64,000 bases of DNA, taken from Eledone cirrhosa. Lineage: Eukaryota. Under the pieces are notes generated by a model. The model was given only the letters and a program-made list of their open reading frames with translations. It did not search any database and was not told the DNA's origin. The position numbers and the translations under genes were made by a program. Positions within the stretch are counted from its first letter, which is position 1, and each line of letters starts with the position of its first letter. Where the stretch lies: the NCBI GenBank assembly GCA_964016885.1, contig OZ024764.1:15562001-15626000 (forward strand), read 5' to 3'. Shown here in pieces: positions 1 to 13,101 of this stretch.

Positions 1-1502
1 GTACTGTAAATGACAAGGTAGACCACACACACACACACCTGTACTGTAAATGACGAGGTAGACCACACACACACCTGTACTGTAAATGACAAGGTAGACC
101 ACACACACACACACCTGTACTGTAAATGACGAGGTAGACCACACACACACCTGTACTGTAAATGACGAGGTAGACCACACACACACCTGTACTGTAAATG
201 ACAAGGTAGACCACACACACACACACCTGTACTGTAAATGACGAGGTAGACCACACACACACCTGTACTGTAAATGACAAGGTAGACCACACACACACAC
301 ACCTGTACTGTAAATGACGAGGTAGACCACACACACCTCTGTACTGTAATTGACGAGGTAGACCACACACACACCTGTACTGTAAATGACGAGGTAGACC
401 ACACACACACCTGTACTGTAAATAAGGTAGACCACACACACACACCTGTACTGTAAATGACCACAGATACACACCTGTAGTGTAAATGACCAGATACACA
501 CCTGTACTGTAAATGACCACACACACACCTGTACTGTAAATGACCACAGATGCACACCTGTACTGTAAATGACCAGATACACACCTGTAGTGTAAATGAC
601 CAGATACACACCTGTAGTGTAAATGACCAGATACACACCTGTAGTGTAAATGACCACACATACACACCTGTAGTGTAAATGACCACACATACACACCTGT
701 AGTGTAAATGACCACACATACACACCTGTAGTGTAAATGACCACATACACACCTGTAGTGTAAATGACCACATACACACCTGTAGTGTAAATGACCACAT
801 ACACACCTGTAGTGTAAATGACCACATACACACCTGTAGTGTAAATGACCACATACACACCTGTAGTGTAAATGACCACATACACACCTGTAGTGTAAAT
901 GACCAGATACACACCTGTAGTCTAAATGACCACATACACACCTGTAGTGTAAATGACCACATACACACCTGTAGTGTAAATGACCACATACACACCTGTA
1001 GTGTAAATGACCAGATACACACCTGTAGTGTAAATGACCAGAGACACACCTGTAGTGTAAATGACCAGATACACACCTGTAGTGTAAATGACCACATACA
1101 CACCTGTAGTGTAAATGACCACATACACACCTGTAGTGTAAATGACCACATACACACCTGTAGTGTAAATGACCACATACACACCTGTAGTCTAAATGAC
1201 CACATACACACCTGTAGTGTAAATGACCACATACACACCTGTAGTGTAAATGACCACATACACACCTGTAGTGTAAATGACCACATACACACCTGTAGTG
1301 TAAATGACCAGATACACACCTGTAGTGTAAATGACCACATACACACCTGTAGTGTAAATGACCACATACACACCTGTAGTGTAAATGACCAGATACACAC
1401 CTGTAGTGTAAATCACCACATACACACCTGTAGTGTAAATGACCACATACACACCTGTAGTGTAAATGACCACAGATACACACCTGTAGTGTAAATGACC
1501 AG
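1..1502. repeat. minisatellite: ~36-38-bp unit grading to a 27-bp unit
   Basis: acacacctgtagtgtaaatgaccacat; truncated by the window start. Confidence 0.95.
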
Positions 1503-1827
1503 TCTTATTTTTGTGCCTGTCCAGTGTTGCAAACTCCTTGTGCCACCTACATCCACTTAAGCTTTGACCACTCGGCTATGTCCACCTACAAGACCAGTGA
1601 CCACTCACCCATGTTCACCTACACAGTGACTACTTAGCTATGTCCTACACAGGTAGGGTCATACTGTCAAACACACACACACCAGTTGAGGTTCACTTGA
1701 GTTTTTATTATCAACTAATTGTTTATTATCAACTAATTGCCTTTAGCTCGATTGTTGTTACAGATGGGAGGTTAAGTTTTTCTTCACTACTTATGCTTGA
1801 TGTTCCAAGGGGCGTGAAGCTCTTTAG

Positions 1828-2124
1828 GAAACTTTTCCTGGATTTAAGGTGGCTTTTGGCTGGCACATGGCTGAAGAGAGGATATTTTTGATCTGTAGTC
1901 TGTTGTTGACGCTTTCTTGCTTGGTGCACTTTGTCGTATCTCTGGTGTGGCTATGCCGGCCAGGATATACACAGACGGACAGTAAGTATAGATTTCAGGA
2001 AGCCTGTGATGAGGCGGCTGCTAGCATCCAGAAGGATGACAAAGTGGAACTCAGACTCCCACAGACTACACATTATACCAGTCCATTGTACTCAGTTATA
2101 AAAACTGGATTGAAACTCAACTGA
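1828..2124 (+). CDS. possible terminal exon of an unidentified membrane protein
   Basis: Unique sequence; ctctttag followed by 98 open codons with a hydrophobic stretch (IFLICSLLLTLSCLVHFVVSLVWL), stop, then AATAAA at 2142. Product not recognised; 5' boundary uncertain. Confidence 0.35.
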   Translation, partial: ETFPGFKVAFGWHMAEERIFLICSLLLTLSCLVHFVVSLVWLCRPGYTQTDSKYRFQEACDEAAASIQKDDKVELRLPQTTHYTSPLYSVIKTGLKLN

Positions 2125-2156
2125 TGTGTGATTTTATTGACAATAAAACCTGGACA

Positions 2157-2866
2157 TCATCATCATCACCGTTTAATATCCATTTTCCACACTAGCATGG
2201 ATTAGACAAGTTATCTCATTTGAAACAAATCAGGTCGGGTGACCGTGTCTTGCTCACAAAACTGTTTATGGCTTGTTTTTTTTCAGCTGGGTGCCCTTCC
2301 TAATGCCAACCACATTTACAGTGTGGACTGGGCACTTTTTGTCACGACACCAACATGACCACTTTACAGTGTGGAATAGGTTCTTTTACCTGCGATTCCT
2401 ACACGACCACTATACAATGTGTGTTGGGTGTTTTTTGTTGTGACTCCTGCACAACCACCTTACAGTATGGACTGGGTGCTTTTTGTTATAACATCTACAT
2501 GACCACTCTAGTGTGGACTGGGTGTTTTTTGTTGTGGTTCCTACACGGCCACTTTACAGTGTGGACTGTGTGCTCTTTGTTATGACACCTACATGACCAC
2601 TTTACAGTGTGGACTGGGCGCTTTAATCGTGACACCTACATGACCACTTTACAGTGTGGACTGGGCGCTTTAATCGTGACACCTACATGACCACTTTACA
2701 GTGTGGACTGGGAGCTTTTTGTCATGACACCTACATGACCACTCTACAGTGTGGACTGGGTGATTTTTGTCATGACACCGACATGACCACTTTATAGTGT
2801 GGACTGGAAGCTTTTTTACCATGTTACCTACATAACCACTTTATAGTGTGAACTGGGTGCTTTTTT
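2157..2866 (-). mobile_element. RTE-tailed SINE-like element with an internal ~47-bp tandem array
   Basis: (CAT)n tail, gggtgcccttcctaa core and repeated ccactttacagtgtggactggg. Relatives at 3810-4178 (+), 16436-16960, 27200-27750 and 35088-35490. Confidence 0.7.
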
Positions 2867-2974
2867 GTCTCTCTCTCTCTCTCTCTCATATACACCCACA
2901 CACATCATTTTACGTCCACTTTTTCATCTAGGATGGTTCTTTTCCTAACTCTAACCACTCCCCTTTGTCATCTG

Positions 2975-3432
2975 TCAAGTTCAACATTTATGAGAAACTG
3001 GGTATAAGGATAAGTTGTGGTGTGAGGGAGAGAAGACAGATGGTATGGACATGTGATGCACATGGAGGATGACCACTGGGTAAAGAAGTGCCAAGAAATC
3101 CCAGTAGTGGAAGACCACTACAAACATGGGCGGAGGTGGTGAGAGTGGAACTGGGTATAAGAGGGATAGGTTGTAGTGTGCTGGAGAGAAGACTGCGTTG
3201 GTATGGACATGTGATGTACATGGAAGATGACCACTGGGTAAAGAAGTGTCAAGAAATCCCGGTGGAAGGAAGACCACAAAAAACTTAGTCGGAAGTGGTG
3301 AGAGCAGACCTCAGATTGCTGAAACTCCCGGAGGAGATGACGAAGGACCGTGACAAGTGGAGAGATGCTGTGCTGAATAGGACCTGTCCAACCCTTGCAA
3401 GAAGGGAAAAGTGGGCGTAAAATGATGATGAT
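2975..3432 (+). mobile_element. RTE LINE 3' fragment with internal duplication
   Basis: LGIRGIGCSVLERRLRWYGHVMYMEDD...GRP; (ATG)n tail. Confidence 0.85.
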
Positions 3433-3489
3433 TAACTGATCAACCATCATTTTTTTACTTGGAATAATTTTATATATGTAGATATACAA

Positions 3490-3791
3490 ATATACGTGAA
3501 CGGCAAAGCATAAACGAACTAAGGGAGAAATTAGGAATAAGAGGGATCAGATGTTGTTTACTCGAGAGAAGACTACGTTGGTACGGTCACGTGATGCGCA
3601 TGAAAGACGACAGCTGTATAAAAAAGTGCAGGGCGATAAAAATAGACGGTAGCCACGGAGTAGGCAGACCCAGAAAAACCTGGGACGATTTGATAAATTC
3701 CGACCTCACACACTTACACCTCTCCAAGACAATGTCACTGGACCGAGATCTTTGGCGTTACACAGTAATAGAGAAGACCCGCCTTAACTAA
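3490..3791 (+). mobile_element. RTE LINE 3' fragment
   Basis: RRLRWYGHVMRMKDD...GRPRKTW...DRDLWR. Confidence 0.85.
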
Positions 3792-4186
3792 GTACAAAGT
3801 GAAACCTACTACAGTCAGTAGGCACCTCTAACAAAATACACCCCCCGTCCCACTACCCCCACCCCATCCACACCACCCCCTTAAATGTGAAGTTATGTTG
3901 GTACCACAACATCCAGTCCGAAACAAATGAGGTCGTGTAGGTGTCACGACAAAAAAACAGTCCACGCTGTAATGTGGCCGTGTAGGTAACACGGTAAAAA
4001 CCTCCCAGTTCCACACTGTAAACGTGGTTGGTGTTGGGAAGGGCACCCAGCCGTAGAAAACCCGCCAGACAGTCCTATACGAGCAGGATAACCAATCTTG
4101 CCTCAAGTGGGAAAACTCCCATCCAAACCCATGCAAGCGTGGAAGATGGACGTTAGACGACGACGATGATGATGATGATACAAACT

Positions 4187-4356
4187 TTACACTTTTAACT
4201 GGATGGTATATCTCAGCTGTAACCTATGGACATGGCAAATGTGATGCCATGCCTGTAAATAGCCAGCAATACCCACTACATCAGCCAGTGAATCTCTTAG
4301 CGGCTCTTCCTTCAGGTGTGGTGGCTTAGTGGAGGGAATATATTGAGTTTGACCTG
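4187..4356 (-). CDS. possible terminal exon, unidentified (GQTQYIPSTKPPHLKEEPLRDSLADVVGIAGYLQAW...)
   Basis: Unique sequence; ttccttttatgacagcag acceptor and an open frame to TAA. Not recognised. Confidence 0.25.
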
Positions 4357-4534
4357 CTGTCATAAAAGGAAGTACTGTTGGTGTCATGATAAAATACACC
4401 CATTACACTCTGTAAAGTGGTAGTGTTGGTGCCATGATAAAATACACCCAGTACACTCTGTAAAGTGGTAGTGTTGGTGCCATGGTAAAATACACCCAGT
4501 ACACTCTGTAAAGTTGATAATGATGATAAGAAGA

Positions 4535-5120
4535 GCATCCATTTGCAGGAACTGTGCCAATGAAAAATCTGTCCTGTGATTCTTTCCTGAGACATTCTAA
4601 CCACATATCTGAGGTATCAGAGCTGTGATCTCTCAATTCAGAGATTCTTTCCTGAGACATTCTAACCACATGTCTGTAGTATCAGAGCTGTGATCTCTCA
4701 ATTCAGAGATTCTTTCCTGAGACATTCTAACCACATGTCTGTAGTATCAGAGCTGTGATCTCTCAATTCAGAGATTCTTTCCTGAGACATTCTAACCACA
4801 TGTCTGTAGTATCAGAGCTGTGATCTCTCAATCCAGAGATTCTTTCCTCAGACATTCTAACCACATGTCTGTAGTATCAGAGCTGTGATCTCTCAATTCA
4901 GAGATTCTTTCCTGAGACGTTCTAACCACATGTCTGTAGTATCAGAGCTGTGATCTCTCAATTCAGAGATTCTTTCCTGAGACGTTCTAACCACATGTCT
5001 GTAGTATCAGAGGTGTGATCTCTCAATTCGGAGAAGTAGCAGCTCTACCTGGAGTGACTCTTTGATCTCCGAGCTACGCACTCTATCAAGTAACATTGCT
5101 CCAAAGATCCTCAAGGTTAT
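4535..5120 (-). mobile_element. RTE LINE fragment carrying a 65-bp tandem array
   Basis: Minus strand LLDRVRSSEIKESLQVELLLLRIERS...HVVRMSQERI; about 7 copies of a 65-bp unit at 4575-5030. Confidence 0.8.
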
Positions 5121-5744
5121 TAAAGTAACTTATCCATTCATGGGTTAGTTCAGTCGTCTTATGCCTGTTTTTCCATGTTCACAGATTAGGGTCATCTCTC
5201 ACTTATCTTCTACTTTTCATAAGGATGTCCTTCTTAGCTCCAACTACTTTACAGTGTACAGGGTGTATTATATTGTGGGACCAGCACTGAGGGAGGGGTT
5301 GTTGTGTACAGGGTGTATTATATTCAGGGGTCCGTGACATCTGAAAGATCTTCTCTCCCCTTTTGTTGGTGGGGTTAGATGGTTAAACGCTTCCTAATAC
5401 CAACCACTTTACAACGTTTACTGGGTGGCACCAACAGTAGGGCATCCAAGCGTGCCCATCTTGTCTTTAATTACATCTTCTAGACCGCCTAGCTTGATTG
5501 GAAGATTTAGCTGTTATTTGTAACAGGTCAAGCAAAGACCTAGTGGTCTCCTTGTCAGATAGGGTGTGGAAAAATACCAGGTGGACCATAACCCACCAGA
5601 GTACTCAATACTTAGGGTAGTAGAGTGGGTAATATATATATATATGGGTGGGTGGGTGTCATGATCGTTTATATATATATCAGTATGGTGTGTTTGAGGG
5701 AGGTTTGGTTGTTATTTCTACTAGGTACCACTGCGGCGAGTTGA

Positions 5745-5817
<73 letters not shown>

Positions 5818-5870
5818 TTATCGATATATACACGTGTGTACACGAGAATCAGCAGGTTATTTAAAAATGG

Positions 5871-5910
<40 letters not shown>

Positions 5911-6033
5911 ACTGGTATAAACACCGTACATATACACACCGAGATATTTTCCTAAAGATTTAATCTTAATCTGCTTTTTTATGTACGCATGTATATATAA
6001 TATACATACATATAGATACACACACACACACAT

Positions 6034-6077
<44 letters not shown>

Positions 6078-6144
6078 TTAGCAAGTTCTTTACTTATAGA
6101 TATGACACAAATATCCTATTAAAATCTTTCTCCGTACATGTCTG

Positions 6145-6189
<45 letters not shown>

Positions 6190-7869
6190 TATATACCCAT
6201 CGATGGTGTACAGGAGCTAACCCATGATGGACGAGATGAATATGTGTGTGTATATATATGTAAACACGTGTGTGTGTGTGTATATAAGATGTATGTCTGT
6301 ATAGCAAGGAGCAGTGAATTGTATATATATAATATATATATATATATATACAATTCTCTAATTTTTGCTATACGCACATATACATGTATATATAACAATA
6401 GTGTGTGTATATAATGTATGTATATTATATAATATATAATGTGTGTATATATTATGTATTGTTGAGGTCCCCTGTTGAATAAATTAAATGACTGGGATGG
6501 ATATATGAAGAGCTATAGACGTTGTTTTATTGTTTTTCATTTATTTCTGGAGTAACAAGAGAGCCCCTAACCTTCTACACACTCTCAATAGGGGCCCACG
6601 ATCAACAATAGTTGATTAATTGATCGGTTTCAGATCGAACCGTTGTTTTACACAGAAAATAACCTCATCTTCATCATAGACGTAAATGGACGACGGTCAT
6701 AAAAACGGGGAACAATTTATTACTTAGTGATCGTTTCAGAGTGGGCACTCAATTCATGTCCACTTATTTTTGTCTCTCTCTCTATCTTACTCTGCTTTCC
6801 TCCCCTTTATTTTCCTTTCTACTACATTGTCTCTCTCTCTCTCTGATTTTCCCTCCTCTCTCACTATGGTTTGTCTCTTTCTCTCTGACTTCCCCCCTTC
6901 TCGCTATTGTCTGTCTGTCTCCCTCTGACTTCTCCTCTCGCACTGGCGTCTGTTTCTCTCCCTCTGACTTTCCCTCCTACTACTACTATGGTTTGTCTCT
7001 CTCTGACTTTCCCCCCCCTCTTTCACTTGTCTGTCTTTCTCTCATTTCCCTCCTCTCCCACTTGCGTCTCTCTCTCTATGGCTAGTCTGTTTCTCTAATT
7101 TTTCCTCCTCCTTACCCCCTGGCGTCTGTTACTCTTTCTCTAGTTTGTCTCTCTCGCGTCTCCCTCTCTCACTGTCGTCTGTCTCTCACTTTTCCTGCTA
7201 CTCTTTCACTGTTATATTTTCTCTTAGACTTCCCCCTCTTCCTCTCACCCACGCCTATCTTTCTCCCTTTCTCTCACTCTCCTCTCTCTCCTCTCCCTCC
7301 TCTTTCTCTCTCACTCAATCTTCCTCTCTCTCACTCTTCTCTATCTTTCTCTCACTTTCCTCTTCTCTCTCTCACTCTCTAGCTTCTCTATTTTCTTTGT
7401 TATCCCCCTCTCGCAGCATTTTCTCCCTCTTCCCCCTCATTCGATCTCTCTCTCTCTCTCATATACAGATTCGACCCCCCCCCCCCCTCATACACGTTCG
7501 ATCTCTCTCCCCCCTTCCCCCTCATACACGTTCGATCTCTCACTACTCCTCATACACATTCGACCCCCCCCCCATCACATTCGACCCCCCCCCCCCCTCA
7601 TATCAACAGTAATCCTAACAATAATAGTGTAGTATTATTCAATATAGTTGTCGTATTTGAGAGACAAGAAACCAGTTTATATTAAATAAATATTTCAAAC
7701 TCTCGGGAAATTTCTCCAAAATCTATAAATATTAATATAGAAATTATAAATAGATTTTAAATAGGTTTTGGTGAGTACCGACACTATAATAATTAGCTCA
7801 TATCTTTGTCTACTACCTTTCACACACACACACACACACACACATATATACACACACTGTCACATATAT

Positions 7870-8372
7870 ATATGTTGATGCCCTAAGGACAGACACTGGT
7901 CTGTTGGAGACGCAGGGCATGGCAGCGATAATGAGGGACAGAGACCGCTGGAGAGAACTCGTCCATGGATCTCGGGAATTTTACCCGCCTTAGATAGATA
8001 GAGAGATATGTATATATAATGTGTAATATGGATATATATGTGTAATATGGATATATATATGGATATATATATCCCAGAGCTGTATGGGAGCATCCCAAGA
8101 GTCGGCTCAAAAGTGACACAGAGGAGACTGAGGTTGGCTGGACATGCTCACCGACATCCAGAGTTGACACTGCACTCAGTGCTCCTGTGGGAGCCCCTAC
8201 ATGGACACACTGGAAGAGGAAGACCAAGGTTAGCATATGTTGATGCCCTAAGGACAGACACTGGTCTGTTGGAGACGCAGGACATGGCAGCGATAATGAG
8301 GGACAGAGACCACTGGAGAGAACTCGTTCATGGATCTTGGGAATTTTACCCGCCCTAGATAGATAGATAGAT
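7870..8372 (+). mobile_element. RTE LINE 3' end plus an upstream duplicate of its last ~130 bp
   Basis: [14 protein letters not shown]...[11 protein letters not shown]...DRDHWR; (TAGA)n tail. Confidence 0.85.
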
Positions 8373-8457
8373 GTGTGTATATATATGTATATATGTATAT
8401 GTATATATGTATATATATATGTGTATATATATATGTGTGTGTGTGTGTATATATATA

Positions 8458-8508
<51 letters not shown>

Positions 8509-8547
8509 GATATTAACAAATGGAAACTATATTTATAAAACCATATT

Positions 8548-8612
8548 TATTTCATTATACATATTTCAAGGATACCAAGTTAAATTATGGTATGCCTTCA
8601 TCAGACAAAATA
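8548..8612 (-). ncRNA. minimal type I hammerhead ribozyme (PLE-type), slightly decayed
   Basis: UAUUUUGU-CUGAUGA-AGG-C-AUACCA...UGGUAU-C-CUU-GAAA-UAUGUA-UA-AUGAAAUA. Confidence 0.7.
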
Positions 8613-8711
8613 CAATATATACCAGTTTTCTAAATAAACATTGACGTACCCTTTCAAAATGCGACCGTTACTTTTGGAAGACATCGAGTGCTTTATATCA
8701 GTTATACATAC

Positions 8712-8772
<61 letters not shown>

Positions 8773-9079
8773 CAGAATTAGCCGTCGAAACGGCTTGAGC
8801 TCAGCCGTCGGGGTCTTACTTACTCCTATTACCCACTCTACTACCCTAAGTATTGAGTACTTTGGTGCGTTACGGTCCACCTGGTTCCTTACCACTTTTC
8901 CTTCGCTATATATATATATATATATGTTTATATACATGCAGTACTGCGTTGTTTGCCCTCTACTACCCAACCAGTGCAGCTTAAAAGATCTCGCAGAATT
9001 TAATAATAATGCAAAGGGCTGTGTAAAGAAATGGGAAACTGTCATATAACCACATGCTTCGAAGATACGAAAAGAAGTA

Positions 9080-9655
9080 CTGTAGCGCCAGCCCTCGTGG
9101 TCTTTTATCATTTCTGTTGTAAGGTTTAGCTTTCTAAGGTCAGTCCTTGCAACCTCATCCCATGTCTTCTTGGGTCTGCCTCTTCCATAGGTCCCAGCCA
9201 CTGGGGTTTCTCTGCATTTCTTTATGCAGCTGCCATCTTTCATGCACAGCAGGTAGCCATACTATTGTCACCTCTCATACACACTACAACCAATTCCTTT
9301 TACGCCAAGTTTCCTCCCTCAGTTTGCTAATGCTATACTCTAAAATTGCATAACCATCAAAGCATACTTGACTCCTTTCTAGCTTCTGCAGTCAGGGCCC
9401 TTGTTTCACTGCCATGTAACATTACGGTTTGTACCCAGGCATCATACAGTCTACCCTTCACTCTGAGATAAAAGTTTTGTTGTTAGCAACAGATATAGAA
9501 CTTTATATATATCATCGTCATCATACATCCGCTTTTCCCTGCTTGCAAGGGTGGGACAGGTCCTTCTCAGCACAGTATCTCTCCATTCATCATGGTCCTT
9601 CGTCATCTGAGGTCAGCTCTCATCACTTCCGCCCATGATTTTCGTAGTCTTCTAC
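9080..9655 (-). mobile_element. RTE LINE 3' fragments
   Basis: IKKCRETPVAGTYGRGRPKKTW; upstream HGSET-like motif; a second tail at 9512-9650. Confidence 0.8.
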
Positions 9656-9713
9656 TGTGTGTCTGGAAGCATGCCATGTAATATACATCATGTGTACACA
9701 TATATGAAACATA

Positions 9714-10785
9714 CAAGTTGGTATCAAAAAGTTCCCAGACTAGTTATCTTTTAAGGAAACTAATATATTTACCTAAGTTTTAACATCATCTCCTTCGAAA
9801 TAGTCACCTCACACAACAATACACTGGTCCCAGCGTTCCTGCCACTTTTGGAATCTGGCCTGGAAGTTGTTTTCTGTGAGTCGAGGACCTTCTGCAATTG
9901 GTTCTGGATCTCAGCAATGTTGTTAACCCTTTAGCATTTAAGCCAGCCATATCTAACCAGAATTTTTTCACCTCTTTCTGTTCAAACTGGCCACTCGTGT
10001 TGATGTTAAGGTATTGTTCTCAAAATAAATAGCATCAAAATCTCATAGATTCGATATTATGTGAGATAATGATGTGATAAAAACTTTACCGTGAAAATAC
10101 AATAGTATATATATAGAGTAATGTAAATGCTAAAGGGTTAAAACGGCAACCTTTGAGCTACTTGTTCAGCTTGAAGAAGAGATGGAAGTCCACAGGTGCT
10201 AAATCTATTGAATAGGGTGGGTGCAGAAGTGAATGTTGCTTTTGGTGAGAACTTCTCGAGTGAGGAGAGTTTGGTGACATGAAGAATCCAATTCTTTGCG
10301 CTCCACAGATCCAGTTGCTCTCACCAAATGTCCTCCCTCAAACACCTCGAAATGCTGTAGAAATCTTGAGTAATTGTCTGGCTGTGGGGGACAATTGTTG
10401 ATGCACAATACCACGGATGTTGAAAAAAAAACCGATGAGCATGCTCTTGATTGAACTGTGGCCCTGTTGTGCCTTCTTCGGTCGTGGAGATGGAGGGCTT
10501 TTGCACTGTCGACTGTTGCTTTTTCTCAGGGTCGTACCTGTAGACCCAACTCTCAAATTGGCTCTTTGTACCAACTTTCTGTTGATGACAAAATGGCAGG
10601 CTACAGCCAGCATACATGTGATCGCAAAAACCACAAATTTCACAACTTGCGAAGTGAACACAGCGATATCACTCAGCACACTGGTGCATGAAGGTCAGTG
10701 CTAGCTCTCACTGCACGTGCAACCGTGTGTTGCCATCTGTTGGAATGCTACGGAACTAGTCTGGAAACATTCTGATACCATCTCG
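9714..10785 (-). mobile_element. decayed mariner transposon
   Basis: ~32-bp imperfect TIRs flanked by TA; frameshifted transposase pieces ESWVYRYDPEKKQQS, SPRPKKAQQ and KSMLIGFFFNIRGIVH. Confidence 0.9.
9927..10137. mobile_element. piggyBac-type MITE nested in the mariner
   Basis: 14-bp TIR CCCTTTAGCATTTA; TTAA TSD at 9923-9926 and 10138-10141. Confidence 0.88.
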
Positions 10786-11039
10786 TATCTGAGACTTTCT
10801 CAAGATGCCACATCGTTGACTGAACCCATGGGTGTTAGCGGACATCTCTGCCACCATGCCGCACTTGTGTTCATTTCTGTGTAGTGAACGTGTTTCTGTG
10901 TGAGGTGGGGTGGGGGGGGGGTCTACTTTGTGAACTAGTCAAGCCTTCCAGATATGACCCCCACCCTAGTCCATTTCTGTGTAATAAACATGTGGGGGAA
11001 TAAGGGATTGATTTGGTCTTGTGGTCAAGCTTTCCAGAT

Positions 11040-12310
11040 GAGATGGTATGGACATGTGATGTGTTGAGAGAGGAACTGTGTATAAGAGGGATAAGTTGTA
11101 GTGTGTAGGAGAGAAGACTGAGATGGTATGGACATGTGATGTGTTGAGAGAGAAACTGGGTATAAGAGGGATAAGTTGTAGTGTGTGGGAGAGAAGACTG
11201 AGATGGTATGGACATGTGATGTGTTGAGAGAGAAACTGTATAAGAGGGATAAGTTGTAGTGTGTAAGAGAGAAGACTGAGATGGTATGGACATGTGATGT
11301 GTTGAGAGAGGAACTGGGTATAAGAGGGATAAGTTGTGGTGTGTGGGAGAGAAGACTGAGATGGTATGGACATGTGATATGTTGAGAGAGGAACTGGGTA
11401 TAAGAGGGATAAGTTGTAGTGTGTAAGAGAGAAGACTGAGATGGTATGGACATGTGATGTGTTGAGAGAGAAACTGTGTATAAGAGGGATAGGTTGTGGT
11501 GTGTGGGAGAGAAGACTGAGATGGTATGGACATGTGATGTGTTGAGAGAGGAACTGTGTATAAGAGGGATAAGTTGTAGTGTGTAAGAGAGAAGACTGAG
11601 ATGGTATGGACATGTGATGTGTTGAGAGAGAAACTGTGTATAAGAGGGATAAGTTGTAGTGTGTGGGAGAGAAGACTGAGATGGTATGGACATGTGATGT
11701 GTTGAGAGAGGAACTGGGTATAAGAGGGATAAGTTGTGGTGTGTGGGAGAGAAGACTGAGATGGTATGGACATGTGATGTGTTGAGAGAGGAACTGTGTA
11801 TAAGAGGGATAAGTTGTAGTGTGTAAGAGAGAAGACTGAGATGGTATGGACATGTGATGTGTTGAGAGAGAAACTGTGTATAAGAGGGATAAGTTGTAGT
11901 GTGTAGGAGAGAAGACTGAGATGGTATGGTCATGTGATGTGTTGAGAGAGAAACGGTATAAGAGGGATAAGTTGTAGTGTGTGGGAGAGAAGACTGACAT
12001 GCTATGGACATGTGATGAGTTGAGAGAGAAGCTGGGTATATGTGGGATAAGTTGTAGTGTGTGGGAGAGAAGGCTGAGGTGGTATGGACATGTGATGCGC
12101 ATGGAGGATGACCGTTTGGTAAAGAAGTGCCAAGAAACGCCAGTAGAGGGAAGACCACGAAAAACATGGTCGGAGGTGGTGAGAGCAGACCTCAGATAGC
12201 TGAAGCTCACGGTGGAGATGACGAAGGACCGTGACAAGTGGAGAGATGCTGTGCTGAATAGGACCCGTCCCACCCTTGCAAGCAGGGAAAAGCGGACGTA
12301 AAATGATGGT
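11040..12310 (+). mobile_element. RTE 3' end preceded by ~12 tandem copies of an 80-bp piece of itself
   Basis: The unit corresponds to LREKLGIRGISCSVWERRLRWYGHV and runs into an intact tail at 12060-12310. Confidence 0.88.
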
Positions 12311-12367
12311 GCACACACACACACGTCAGCATGTTGAAAGAAATTCTAGTATTAAAACATTTGGAAG

Positions 12368-12746
12368 AGGCTATGTAGCCGGTAAATGTGTCAGACACCG
12401 TGAGTTGTGGCCCGATTTAAGACAATTTGAAATCTTTTCCACCATCGATTGTTAAAAAAGTTTAAATCATTTAGTCGTCCATTCGTAACGTACGTGTTTA
12501 TACAAACACATACATATCTATATACATATACACACATCCATATATATTTATACACACACACGTTTATACATAGCCACGCATATATATTTATACGCAAGTA
12601 TATGTATACACATAAATACATTTACATACACGCACATCTTATGTAAATACATAAACAGATAGTCAACAGAAGGAAGTGACTGGTGAAACGCTATAGCGGC
12701 GGTGTGTTGCGTTGCGTCCGTTTAAGGTTTACCGGCTACATAGCCT
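12368..12746. mobile_element. putative MITE
   Basis: Perfect 19-bp inverted repeat AGGCTATGTAGCCGGTAAA at both ends; no clear TSD. Confidence 0.45.
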
Positions 12747-12917
12747 ATTCGAAAATAAAATTACCGGGGGTGGGGGAGGCTTCATTGGTGAGATTTGAGG
12801 GGTATTTTGGCTGCTATTTCTACCAGGTCATTGACCCATATTTAGGTCACGCGCACTAACACACCTGTTAGGTCGCCTCTCTATAATATATGAATTTGTA
12901 ATGTATATATAATTCTT

Positions 12918-12985
<68 letters not shown>

Positions 12986-13101
12986 CTATCTCTCTCTTTC
13001 TCTCTCTCTCAAATATGAGAATTAGATACTTCTCCCTAATCTGCCATGGCTGCCTAGCTCTATACGGACGTTAACATTTTTATCAGTGAATATATATATA
13101 A

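Noticed and set aside
6760-7612. Leu/Ser-rich hydrophobic ORFs
   Set aside because: CT-rich low-complexity DNA; the same applies to 62261-62849.
10871-12324. 300-452 aa minus-strand ORFs
   Set aside because: Antisense readings of the 80-bp RTE-derived array.
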